A DNA stretch of 63,877 bases, filler included, from Pseudogymnoascus verrucosus (taxonomy: Eukaryota): NCBI GenBank assembly GCA_001662655.1. It is 7 parts of 7 records of this genome, joined end to end, with 100 filler letters (N's around TTAATTAATTAA, not from the genome) between each part and the next. Parts side by side here need not be neighbours in the genome. Positions count along the whole stretch, not along the records: positions 49,516 to 58,386 come from KV460314.1; positions 58,487 to 63,877 come from KV460322.1; 5 more parts are not named here. One strand, given 5' to 3'. Below, one piece after another: positions 51,125-62,477 of this stretch. The notes under the pieces were generated by a model that made no database searches, was not told the origin of the DNA, and saw only the letters and a list, made by a program, of their open reading frames with translations. The stretch's first letter is position 1, and every line of letters starts with the position of its first letter. The position numbers and the translations under genes were made by a program.

Positions 51125-51407
51125 TGTAAGGATGCCTCCTTACCGTCACGTGGCGCCATCGAGACTCGGGGCCGTTACGGGTCAGTCGCGACTGACAGCC
51201 TTAGGCACATAACGTAAGGAAGCCTTAGGCAAACAGGGAGCTAGCTGAGTCGGAGCGGTTTCGGGTATTTTAAGGGAACAGCCATACAGGGTTACACCTT
51301 CATCTTTTTTGTATCCTTCGTAGTAGACCTATAGGATTGCACCGACTTCTATCCGACTCGCACTCCCATATGCAACTTCTCGTGATACGGTGCCCTGTGT
51401 CCTTACA
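51125..51407. mobile_element. Solo LTR, 283 bp
   Basis: TGTAAGGA...TCCTTACA inverted termini with a 5-bp TSD CTATT (51120-51124 and 51408-51412). Confidence 0.9.
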
Positions 51408-53094
51408 CTATTGTCTCTGCCTCACTTTAGGCCATCTAGGACTGGGATGATACTGCATCTCTAGAGCCGAGATTTAGCCCAAGATCGGCAATATAGGGTC
51501 ACGTTTGCCGTGTTAAGTTAAACATAATTTTATGGAACCGCAAATCAGTTAGACTTGTTATTTGTCCGTTCACTACCGTGCCCCAGAATCAAGCACTGAA
51601 TGGCACTATTACACCATTGCATTCAGACAAGCCTGCAATATACAGCGATACAGGTTGAAGAATCGTGGTGGCCTCCACGAGCGGAGAAATGAGACTACTT
51701 CAAGCTGATTCGAAAACCAAGAGTCAGAACCCTCACCAGGGGCAGGCAGGGCCATCATTCAAGGGTAGACTTGCATTTGTTCGAGGGTCAAAACTGATTA
51801 TCACTAAACAGGAACAGGGACATTTGTCGTTGCATGTCGGTGCATGGGCGCCCAGGGAGCTCTGTTCATGAATTCGATGTTACCCACCGTGGCTTGCAAT
51901 GAATCGTAAAAAAGCTAGGCATGTCTAGCTTAACCTACCATTGTAACTAAATAGGCAATACCCCTCCGAGCCGCCGTCCCAACCGCCAGGCACGGGCACT
52001 TCTATGGAGAAGCGGTGTCTTATTTACTGTCATATCTTACATCATATCTCACATTCATCAACGATGTTCCACCCCGGCCAAGGCACCAAATCATAAATGC
52101 GACCCTACCCCTGCATCACACTTCAAACAGACCCTCGTTAGTGCGCATAGGTGGGCCTAGGGGATGTGCAGTGCATAGCCGAAGTTTAAGTTCCAGTCTT
52201 GTGAAACTAGACTCAACACTAAGCAGGGACTGTTTCCGCCCGACCACTCTAGACCCTAGTTGCAGCTACTGTTTTTACGCACCACTGGGTCTTTTTTGGG
52301 CGCGGGATCGCGGGATCGTCCCTAGTGTAAGTAGAAATTGCCTTTAGGGCCTATGGAATTGGATGTGCACAAGTCGATCATTCTCGTCACTCTCCAACCC
52401 CGCAAAATAAATCGTTAAACAAATCCTCTTGTCATTTTGCGATACATTTTCCCGTCTTCACCAAGCCAGTCTGACTCGTGTCTGCCTTCAGCCCGTCCAA
52501 CCTTCCAATCATCAAACCATACTTCATCCTAATGCCAGAACACGTCATCTCCGATATTACATAGTAGGAGCCCATGTTCCAAATTTTCTGTCGCTAGCAT
52601 GCAATCCGAAACCGACTTTAATACCATATATTTCGAATACTTGATCTGCACCATATTCGAGATGAACTTGCATGGATTTTCAAATTTGGGAAGTAACTAG
52701 TGTAAATCGTCTATGCATATATTAGCACGCACTATTTGATACAGAGTGGTTGTGCGATCCATTGAGAGTCTTGTCGCGATCATCCATTATGGACACTATT
52801 CAGATCTACAATATTGCTACAGGCACCGCCTTTTCATTCTTCTGCTCACCACTCGCATCTTCCTCTTGTCTTGAAGTATTTGTCCAAGGGGCTGTGCGAA
52901 AAGCATCGCACAGTGTCTTTCCTTTGGGGACGGCGAGTCTCAATCTATGACATAGATCCGCCTCCGTGATATATGAACGAGCAAATCCTACTGATGATAA
53001 ATCATCTGCATGCTCCGCCCCCATCCAGTTTTATATGTATATGAATTTTATCCAAGATATCCAAGAATCTGTCTGCACAGCTCATCTTTTGACA

Positions 53095-53493
53095 ATGTCT
53101 GGCCGGCGAGTGAAATGGGAAGAGAGCGAGAAACTACAATTGAAAAGGCTGTTCAGATCACATCCGATAAAGCCAGTGTCATATCTCCAAAACCTCTTCA
53201 ACGAAGGAAAACCAAAGCATCACCATCGGTCATACAATGCAGTTAAGTCCAGAGTAAGACCGCTGAAAAAGGAGTGGCACCAGCGGTGGCTCCAAGAGAC
53301 AAGTGAGTGGACTTATCGCTCTGCCAGCGAAGAAGGCATTGTGTCCACGGCGCCTACATCATCACCAACATCGCTATTTGATAATGTCAGTCTGGAATTT
53401 ATTATTCAGAGTTTGTGCTGATAGTTCTAGAAATACGCTTGGAGCGCCAGATATGGGGATCTTCATCTCACTTCATCCCTTGTTGAAGAATGA
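53095..53493 (+). CDS. Small hypothetical protein with a Myb/SANT-like motif; possible intron 53386-53430 (unspliced stop at 53421)
   Basis: MSGRRVKWEESEKLQLKRLF..LQNLFNE..RSYNAVKSRVRPLKKEW resembles the W..EE..L / RS..A...R pattern. GTCAGT..GCTGA..TAG intron signals are present. Confidence 0.45.
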
Positions 53494-54479
53494 TCGATTC
53501 TCTCCATCCAATATATATCCGAAAGGTGGTGACCTGATAGCATTTGATCTAGTTGAGGAAAACTACAGGATTAGCTCGGGAAGGGCAGACGAGGAAACTT
53601 TTCGATGTCATGTATTATTAATCGAAATAAAAGTAGCTTGCCTGAAGATGCAAAAAAATGGAAAATAAAATATAACACTACTACTACTACTCCTAGAAAT
53701 TAAGAGTCATGGTCCAGCGTTATGTGCCGTGATTTATCTTTACTTCTTGCATGGCGACCTGGTAGTCTCCCGCCGCATTTGGAGGCGCGTGACTGATCAT
53801 TTGGTATAATTTGCACAGATTCGCAGGTTCATTCTCATCTTTCATAAAATGCCTTCTCTGAATCTGCTTTCATGCCTCTTCAGTCTAGTTTAATGGTAAT
53901 GTTGTATGTATGTAGATCGGTCGCTAATCCATCGAGGCTTTTTCAGCTGCCAAGATCATCTTCCCGTTCATCTGTAAGAACGGGAAGTTGATCTTGTCCC
54001 CGATGCCTATGCCGGCGCCACATCCATATGAAAGACTGTGATAGAGAGCATACTATACCAAACTAGTGGAGCAGCTGAATCGGAAACCTGACTGCTCCAC
54101 ATAAATGGTATGTTCGGTCTCAAAGGAAACTCAATTAGCGTAATATCTGCTTTTCATAACGCTTCATGCCGTTGCTAGACATGTTCCAATAAATACTTAG
54201 CAAACAAGCATTAAATGAATATCACTTCTAGTTTTGAAGGTGTTTTTGACGATGGCTGGTTATTGACGACCAGCATCGCTAGCCTCCGTATAGCGGTGAC
54301 CTTACTCAGGAGAGAATTAGGACTGCTCAAGGACTATAAAGCCCAAGTAATTCCCACCTGATATTTTTTTTTCATCATCATCAAAGCATTCGCAATCAAC
54401 ACTTCCTTCAAACACTTCCATCCATATTCTACTACTCGTCTTCCCGATATACAATCGTCTCACACAAACAACTTTCAAA

Positions 54480-54926
54480 ATGCAAGTCCCAACCACCTTC
54501 GCTGTTCTCTTCTTTGCCCTTGGGGCCGCAGCCTTACCATCGATTGGTAGCCCAACTGTTGGACCCAAAGGCAACGCACAGTGCGGTAAAAATCAAGTCA
54601 TCTCATGCTGCAACACCAAGTCTACCAGCGTTGGCGCTGGTGGCCTCCTCGGACTCGGAGGCGTTCTTAATGGCGTTCTGGGTGGCAACTGCAACCCTCT
54701 CACCATCCCAATTGGTAAGTCTTGGTATCCCAGTCACATTTTAACAGAACTGACGGGCAAATAGTCGGCGTCGCTGTCCCACTCAGCCAAGCTTGCGCTG
54801 GCAACCAGGCCGCGTGCTGCACAGGCGACCAGCATGTAAGTACTCTAGCTCATCATCCCGGCCGAACAATTACTAATTGACTTTCAGGGCCTGGTTAACA
54901 TCCAATGTACCAACGTCCTTATTTAA
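54480..54926 (+). CDS. Class I-type hydrophobin; introns 54715-54764 and 54836-54887
   Basis: Signal peptide, spliced eight-Cys pattern C-X7-CC-X26-C-X17-C-X6-CC-X11-C, and TATAAA upstream at ~54335. Confidence 0.92.
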
Positions 54927-55531
54927 GTAGAATTGGCCTTTGAGGCCCATATGGACGGATTTGGTCTTTGAGACCCCAGGAAGGCTCATTGTGCCTGATG
55001 GTTGTGGAAGTTTTTAATTCATCATCAAGATCCATTCTGGACTTGCAACTCGTTGTACTTTAGTCAGTCATTTCAGATAGTTATTGATCATAGGACTTGA
55101 AGGTCGTAGTATTTTCAAGCACCTCTGTTCTATAATTCAATTATAGACTATTAAATCATGCCTTACTGGTACTAGTCCTGTCATCGTGCGTGGTTACTTG
55201 GTCTGAACTATGATTTTTACTTCCTGCTGCATCGTGACCTTAGGCCAACCTTAGGGGTTATCGGCATAGCAGTGGTTCTATCATCAGAAACTATTCTATG
55301 CGCCCTTAGCCTGAAATCAAAGCAGACATCAGAGCACGCGATCGATTTGCCCATCCAACCGCATAAATGTATACCCTGAAACCAATATGGGAAACGACTT
55401 CTAACAACCTGGAGTCGCAGTCGCCCTTACCCTCGAACGCGGTTGCTCACCAAGTGAATGAGCGCGATGCTTCCTTCATAGCCACACCGCATACACATCG
55501 ACGAACATCAACTGGATTTAGTTATTTCAAG

Positions 55532-58000
55532 ATGTCATTAACAGAGCTTGCCCAGGCCGTTCTTTGGGTATCCATTGCCGTCACTATGCTATTATTGCTG
55601 TGCCTGCTAATCAAGGCAAGGGAGCTCCGGAAACTGCCTCTCACAAACACACGATTCTATTTGCTACACCAGCTCAAGATTGTAAGAGGGAGTTGACTTC
55701 TACGGCTTGAAATTTCTAGTATTCACCAAAATAAACAGATCATTGGGCTTATGGTTGCTGTCATCATAATTGTGTCGTTGGCATGGCTCTCTCAGCCTGC
55801 TCATATCAAGGGCCCATACTTAACATCAGTCTTTCTTTCCGCCCTCGCTGCCATCTGTTTAAACCTTCTTCTCCACCTAGAACAACGAATTTCCTAACCC
55901 GCGGGCCCCGATATAGTCACTGTGTATCTCATCGGTTCCATAGTTTGCGACGCGATTATATTGACAATACCACATGTAGAGCCGACGCTATGGGATGCAT
56001 CACTACTGCTAGTGCTGGTCCGATGCGTTGGAAACACCTCGATCTTCAGCCTCAAATGTTGTAGAGGTGGAATTACTTCAACTGAAGCAGCGGCAAACTA
56101 TATCTCGACTGAAGAGGTCAAAGGAATCTTGAGCCGTTCTTCATATGGATCAACCCAATCATAGCTCAAGGATATAGACATATCCTCACAAAAGAGAGGA
56201 TCCCATACCTCAGACAGGACCTCAAGTCTCGTCATGTAAGACAGGCAATGATAGAGACATGGCGCTAGAGAGGAGGTTGGTCATTATGATCGCTGTATAG
56301 CTGTAGGCTGACCAACCTCTTAACAGCAAAACCCGAGACAAAATCACACTACCCTTAGCCCTATTCCTGTGCCTTAAGGAGCCTTTTCTTTTAGTAATTA
56401 TCCCCCGGCTATTTTTATAATTGGCAGGTTTTGCAAGGCCCAGACTTTTTGGATCCCAAGAGGCAATATGAGGGTGTGATTCACCCATTTCTTCTCCCTC
56501 CGTCTCTTTACTACCGCGTCTCTGCACGCCAGCCTTGCCCCCCGTGACAGTGCCCGAGGCGCTATTATGCCCCCCCGATCTGATACTCACTGCCCATCCT
56601 AATCAGACGTTCCATACATTACGTATCTTCTCCGCTGTATGGCGACTGACAATTAGCGGGTTATGTGATAGTTACTGCCTTTATTACAGTAAACGTAGGC
56701 CTGGTAGTGAGTTCTTAACTAAATCACACTACTTAACTCCACTCAACTGACTTTTCCAAATTCCTTCAGATATCCACGGCTGCATACTAGCACAGCCTTA
56801 ACCGTCTCTAACTAAGCACAAAGAGTGCACTCATCAGGCTCGTTCATGACAAGATGATGACTCTTCTAAGTACGATGGATGTGGATGGAGAGGCCGTTAC
56901 GCTCATGAACACAGATGTAGAGGGCCTCAAAGGTATTGCTGAGATATTCTATGAGACTTAGGCACACGTATTGGAAGTTATAGTTAGCATGCCGTTGCTA
57001 GCAAGACAAGTTGGCTCGCTGTGGTTGCTTTTGATACTTCTCATCTTTCGTAAGTTCTCGATACCTACAATATTTTCAGAGAAGCACTAAAGCTACTGAT
57101 ATTGCTTTGTCCAAATTGTAGGAGTAGTCACCTAGCCCCGAACCTGAAAGCAGCCTAGAGAGATTGGAATATAACGACGCAAACCCGGATTACAGCCACC
57201 ACTAACTACCATGCTCAACCTAATGAAAAAGGGTCAAAATGCTAGGGGTTCAAAATTGCCTTGCTAAAAGAATCTAATGGCTCCGAATTAGGGAGATTTT
57301 TGTTACTTCCCGTGTTAGATGGATGATGGTATATGCTAATGTAGTTGCCAACGCTCTCGGAATATTCACACTAGCCATAATAATTGCCCTCTTTGCTACA
57401 TGGCTTAACGTAGGTCGTGGCGTAATCGGGAGTATGGCGTAATCGGGAGGAAGTACCTTTGCAGCAAACTTTGTATGTAAAGGTACTTAATTTTCGAAAA
57501 TTCAATTAATTAATATTGCCTTTAATAAAAATACTAGGGCTTATTCCTTTTATATATAGGAAGTGTATAAGGCTATCTAATATATAAGAGAACGCTAGTA
57601 TTGCTAGCGTCTTTTTGCATAAGCTATTAAAGTTTTAAAGTTTTGCTATACAAAATTTTAGTATGGTAAATCTAAAACTGCTAATAACTTTGTAAGCACA
57701 CTAGCTTACATACTAACGTAATTAATTATGATGTATATGTATGTAAAGATTATAAGTATGAGAGGGCTATGCCTTACAAAGCCAATTATAGAAGTTATTA
57801 AGAGTTGAAGAGTAGATCACGTGATCCTCGGTTTTGCTGTGGCAGTCGGTTTGATGGGGTCGCTTACCCCACTATCCCGATTACGCCATACTCCCGATTA
57901 CGCCACGACCTAGGTTAAACACACTAAGGGAGTTAATCTTAATGCTAAGACAGGCTTTACAACAAGGCCGTTTTAGTCGGGGTTACGCACCTAGTACTTA
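55532..58000 (+). pseudogene. ABCC/MRP-type ABC transporter pseudogene (N-terminal TM regions), with a MITE insertion
   Basis: Motifs STEEVKGILSR, RYSLPILIRRSIHYV, GEAVTLMNTDVE..FYET*AHVLEV..LLARQVG, WNITTQTRI and VRWMMVYANVVANALG, with stops and frameshifts. Confidence 0.75.
57408..57915. mobile_element. MITE, 508 bp, TIR core CGTAATCGGGA
   Basis: Matching TIRs (right terminus AGGT instead of ACGT), TA TSD. It is a less mutated relative of the 14513 and 19581 copies. Confidence 0.9.
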
Positions 58001-58241
58001 AAAGGCAGTTAACTTCTTCACCTTTAGGAGTAAAGGTCTAGAATTGTAATTTAAGGATAAATTGTAATTATAAGTGTGAGTTTAAATGTAGATACATAAT
58101 AACTATCTAGTAGGTAAATTATAACATATTTGTTAGCTTTATTTAGTAGGGCTTTTGCTTAGAAGGAAAAAAATATTATTTCTAAAGGTCTGTTCTATAT
58201 TTATACGAAGGGGTTTCCTTTTATACAAACCTACTAGCATA

Positions 58242-58386
58242 ACGTAAGTCGTGGCGTAATGGGTATAATGGCGTAATGGGTATACTGAAATGACAAGCGA
58301 ATTTGTGTCACGTGATCTATATTTAAACGTTTAATAACTTTTTAACTAAGCTATTTAAAGTTTAATGCTTTTAGATTTAGAATATT
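58242..58386. mobile_element. Partial MITE, TIR core CGTAATGGGTAT
   Basis: Matches the start of 43242; runs into a gap. Confidence 0.85.
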
Positions 58387-58486
58387 NNNNNNNNNNNNNN
58401 NNNNNNNNNNNNNNNNNNNNNNNNNNNNNNTTAATTAATTAANNNNNNNNNNNNNNNNNNNNNNNNNNNNNNNNNNNNNNNNNNNN

Positions 58487-58613
58487 CAGGAATCAATTGC
58501 AGTTGAGTAAGGGTCACTATATAGGGTTGTGGTGTAGTAGTAGTAGTAATAGTCACAGTTTGGTGTTTTGGTGTCCGACCCGCTTGTGTGTCCGACTCGC
58601 TTGTGAAATACGT
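58487..58613 (-). mobile_element. Terminus of a different pogo-type family (TIR ACGTATTTCACAAGCGAGTCGGACACACAAGCGGGTCGGACAC)
   Basis: ACGT terminus plus TA and two 17-bp internal direct repeats, but a different frame sequence. Confidence 0.65.
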
Positions 58614-58648
58614 TATATGTATCGCTGCTCTAATAAAAATAAAGCCTA

Positions 58649-59131
58649 ACGTAAGTCGTGGCGTACTGGCGGGAATGGCGTACTGGCGGTATGTACCTTT
58701 ACAGGTACATTTGTATGTAAAGGTACTTATTATAGCTAAAATTAAAACCTTAATTACTTCTTTAATAAATTTATTAAAGGTTAGCCCTCTTATATATAGA
58801 AACTATATATAACTATGTACTATATGTAAAGACACTAATATGTCTAGCGTTTTTTTACACAAGTTATTAAAGGTTTTAGGTTTTACTATACAAATTGTTT
58901 GTATAGTAAATCTAAAATTGTTAATAACTTCTTTATTAGGTTAGCTTACAATCTAACGTTTTTAAGTATAATATATCTATATATACAGTCTCTAAGTATA
59001 AAAGTATTAAACTTTAACAAGCTTAGTTAAAAAGTTATTAAAGGCTGAAATATAGATCACGTGATATAAATTCACCTGTAAATGCGACTACCGCCAGTAC
59101 GCCATTCCCGCCAGTACGCCACGACTTACGT
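58649..59131. mobile_element. MITE, 483 bp, TIR core CGTACTGGCGG
   Basis: Matching TIRs, TA TSD. Confidence 0.92.
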
Positions 59132-59337
59132 TAGACTAAAGTAAAAAAAGAGCTAAATAAGGAAAAGATGTAGAAAACAATATTAAGCAATACTTTGTAT
59201 AAACGAGTAATACTTTATATAAACAAATGGAAAAAACCCTTTATATTAAGTGATAATAAGCAACAAATAAGCAAAACAAATAACATATAAAGAAGACGGC
59301 TATAGGGGTATATATCTAACGTTACCTTCCTGCACTA

Positions 59338-61328
59338 ACGTAAGTCATGGCGTAACGGGACGGATGGCGTAACGGGACGCTTTCCATACCCCACCAAAAT
59401 CTAGGACTAAACTATTAAATCACGAACTTAAAAAATTGTAAATAATTTAATTACTACCACCCTAATTCATCTATATCATTGTCAGAAGGCTCTTCTTCGC
59501 TCTCTTCATCTATTTCCTCAATTATAGCTTCGTCTATAGGTTGTTGCGTTATTCTAGACCTCTGTGAAGCTGTTGCTGTTGCTGCTTCTGCTTCTACTAC
59601 TTGCGACCGGAGTTCTTCTGTAGAAATATGGAATTGACCCTTTAAAACTGCTCTTTTGCCCTTATTCTGTACTCTACGCTTCTGAATAATTGAGCGTAAG
59701 TTATCACACTCTCTTTTTTGAAGGGTGTTGCGTGTATTAAGGCGTTCTAACTCATCTACTAACTTATTAATATATCGCTTTGTAGGAGTATTAAGAACTC
59801 CACGACTTATTGTAGAAGAGAGCACTATATTTGCTTTATGAAGTGTTTGAAAGTCAGGTGGACTGCTATTCAAAAATACCTTCTCAAAAATATCATGCTC
59901 TGTAGGAGTATGTGGTCGTTCTAATACTACTACGTCTGTAGTAGGGAGCGTAGCTGCTCGAATGACTGTTTGCAGCTGGAATGGCTGTAGCCCACTTCCT
60001 CTCCAAGCAGAATTGATATTTGAAGTTGAAAATCCAGCTTCTCTTGCTTTAATATATGCCTCCATCCATTCTAACTTATGTATGCGTAGGAGTTGTGCCT
60101 CATTAAGGTGCGAGAGAGCAGTTGTAAGGTGTTGCTTTAGAGGTCCAAAAATTACAACATCAAGTGGTTGTAGAACATGAGATGTATAAGGAGGTATTAT
60201 AAGGAGCGATATTCGATTTTGAATGCAGTGTAATATAAAGCTTCCGCTTATATGGCTGTCATGGCCGTCGCAAATAAGGAGCCGTTGCTGTAGTTTTCCA
60301 TTTTGTGTTGCTTTTGCTCTTGTAGAGGGTTCAAAAACGCGTTTTAGCCACTCTAATCCATGAAGATTGCTTGTCCATCCTTTTGTATTTGCAGAGAAGT
60401 GCCATTTTTGTATAACCTCCTTTAGAATCTAGCTTTGTAGGATGTTCTGTCCTTTAAAAATAATAAGGGGGTCAATAGTAGTTCCGTCCATGCAGATGCA
60501 CTCAACTGCAGAGACCCATTCCTGTCGGCCAGGATGAGCTTGAAAACGCGTACGGAGCGTAGAGTCGACTATAATTCGTGTAGATTGCATAGTTCCAATT
60601 GAAAATCCAGTCTCGTCTATATTGTAGGTGTTATAGTTTTCGATTTTTAGCTCTGTTGTAAGGCTTTTATACGCGTCAAACCACCCCTTTAACACCTCTT
60701 TTGTCACCCCATTCATCCTTTGTGCCTTAACTCTACGTCCTAACTTAACGCGTAAGTTAGGATGCCTTTGAATGAATCGTGGCACCCACTCTTGCCTAAG
60801 AGGTAAGTTAGGAATGTGTTCTTGTTGAGTTTGTAGTTGTTGAGTTTGTTGTTGTTGTTGTTGTAGCTGTTGAGGCTGAAAAACGCGACACTTATTTGAC
60901 CGGACTTCATCTGCAACCTCACGTAATATCCGATGGCTAGGAGCGTAGTCGCTTGCAGTAAGCTCCTTAATCCACTTTAAGAGCGTTTGCTCTTGTGTTT
61001 GAGATAGTAATTGAAGCTTTGAGTGTGCTTGTTTATGTGAGGTACGTCGCCCTTTAATATGGTTAAGGACTGTATCTGGCCTAAGTTGTAAGGCCTTTGC
61101 AGCATCATTTGCTGATTTATATAAACCAGATTTAACTCCAGCTGTAGCTTTAAGTATAAGCTTATCGCGCTTTAGAGTCTTTAAACTGCGTCTACGCACC
61201 ATTTTAATATAGCAATTAATAAGTTGGTTAAAGTTGATTTTCTTAAAGCTACTCCTTATACTTTTGATGGGGTAGCCCACCCCACATTCCCGGTATGGCC
61301 ATAGTCCCGGTATGGCCATGACCTACGT
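59338..61328 (-). mobile_element. Full-length (1991 bp) chimeric pogo/Fot1-like transposon with non-matching TIRs
   Basis: 5' TIR core CCATACCGGGA, 3' TIR core CGTAACGGGACG. Transposase at 61202-59454 with a TGG>TAG stop at 60429-60431. Confidence 0.88.
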
Positions 61329-61446
61329 TAGGGTAGTAGTAATTAAATTATTTGCGATTTTTTAAAGTTAATGATATTTTTGATAGGGTGGCCTTAACCC
61401 TACTATACCCATTACGCCATTAGCCCGGTTACGCCACGACTTACGT
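61329..61446 (+). mobile_element. Transposon 3' tip with a hybrid TIR
   Basis: Outer unit CGTAACCGGGCT, inner unit CGTAATGGGTAT. Confidence 0.8.
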
Positions 61447-61890
61447 TACTTGTTGGCTTTATATGGGCTTAAGTCTTAGAAGGAAAAACCTTGTCTATTT
61501 CTAAAGGTCTAATCCTATGTTTATACAAAGGGGTTTCCTTTTATATAAACCTACTAGCATACTATTCTACACGTGTTCTAGGTTATCACGTGGTGTTGTT
61601 GTTCTTACACATGTTCTAGGTTATCACGTGAGTGTTTGTTTGTTTATTTACACGTGACTTTGTTATTACGTGCGTTGCCACTCTAACAGTACTATTAGCG
61701 TGTTAACGCATGTGACTAGAATGTTACTTGTAAACAAACAAACAAACGAACAACTCAGGTAATAACTTAGAACGCTAGTAGCTTCATACAAAGAGTAAGC
61801 CTTTAAATGAACGCGTAACTTAACCTTTAGAAATAGACAAGTACGCTAGTAGGTTCTTACAAAAAGTAGAGCCTTTATTTAATTAAACCC
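61447..61890 (+). repeat. Best-preserved copy of unclassified repeat family Y
   Basis: GTTGGCTTTATATGGGCTTAAGTCTTAGAAGG.. plus CACGTGTTCTAGGTTATCACGTG sub-repeats and GTTTGTTT/AAACAAAC inverted blocks. Confidence 0.6.
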
Positions 61891-61990
61891 CTAAACGTAA
61901 GTCGTGGTCAGACCGGCTACATGGCCGGACCGGCTACCCCACCAAAATCCAGAATAGAACCACCAAACCCAACCACCACCACTAATACTA

Positions 61991-62473
61991 ACGTAAGTCG
62001 TGGCGTACTGTCGCTAATGGCGTACTGTCGGTAATGTATCTTTACAGCAAATATTATATGAAAAGGTACTTATAATAGCGAAAATTAAAACATTAATTAC
62101 TTCTTAAATAAATTTATTAAGGGTTAGCCCTCTTATATATAGGAACTATGTATAATTATCTACTATATAAAAAGACACTAGTAGCACTAGCGTGTTTTTA
62201 CATAAGTTATTAAACATTTTAAGTATTACCATACAATTATTTACTATGGCAAATATACATCTGCTAATAACTTCTTAATTAGGCTAGCTTACATGCTACA
62301 ATTTTTAAGTACAATGTATGTTTATATATAATATTATAATATAAAAGCATTAAGCTTTAACTACCTTTAATAAAAAGTTATTAAAGGTTTAAATATAGAT
62401 CACGTGATGTTATTTACGTACAAAATTCCATAGCGACAGTACGCCATTAGCGACAGTACGCCACGACTTACGT
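61991..62473. mobile_element. MITE, 483 bp, TIR core CGTACTGTCG
   Basis: Matching TIRs, TA TSD; ends 4 bp before the transposase ATG. Confidence 0.92.
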
Positions 62474-62477
62474 TACA

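Noticed and set aside
51665..52950. Several 66-110 aa ORFs
   Set aside because: No motifs or clear splice structure, and mostly non-ATG starts.
61203..61319. N-terminal extension MAIPGLWPYREC.. of the 296-aa ORF
   Set aside because: It begins inside the TIR. Homologous copies start at the ATG equivalent to 61202.
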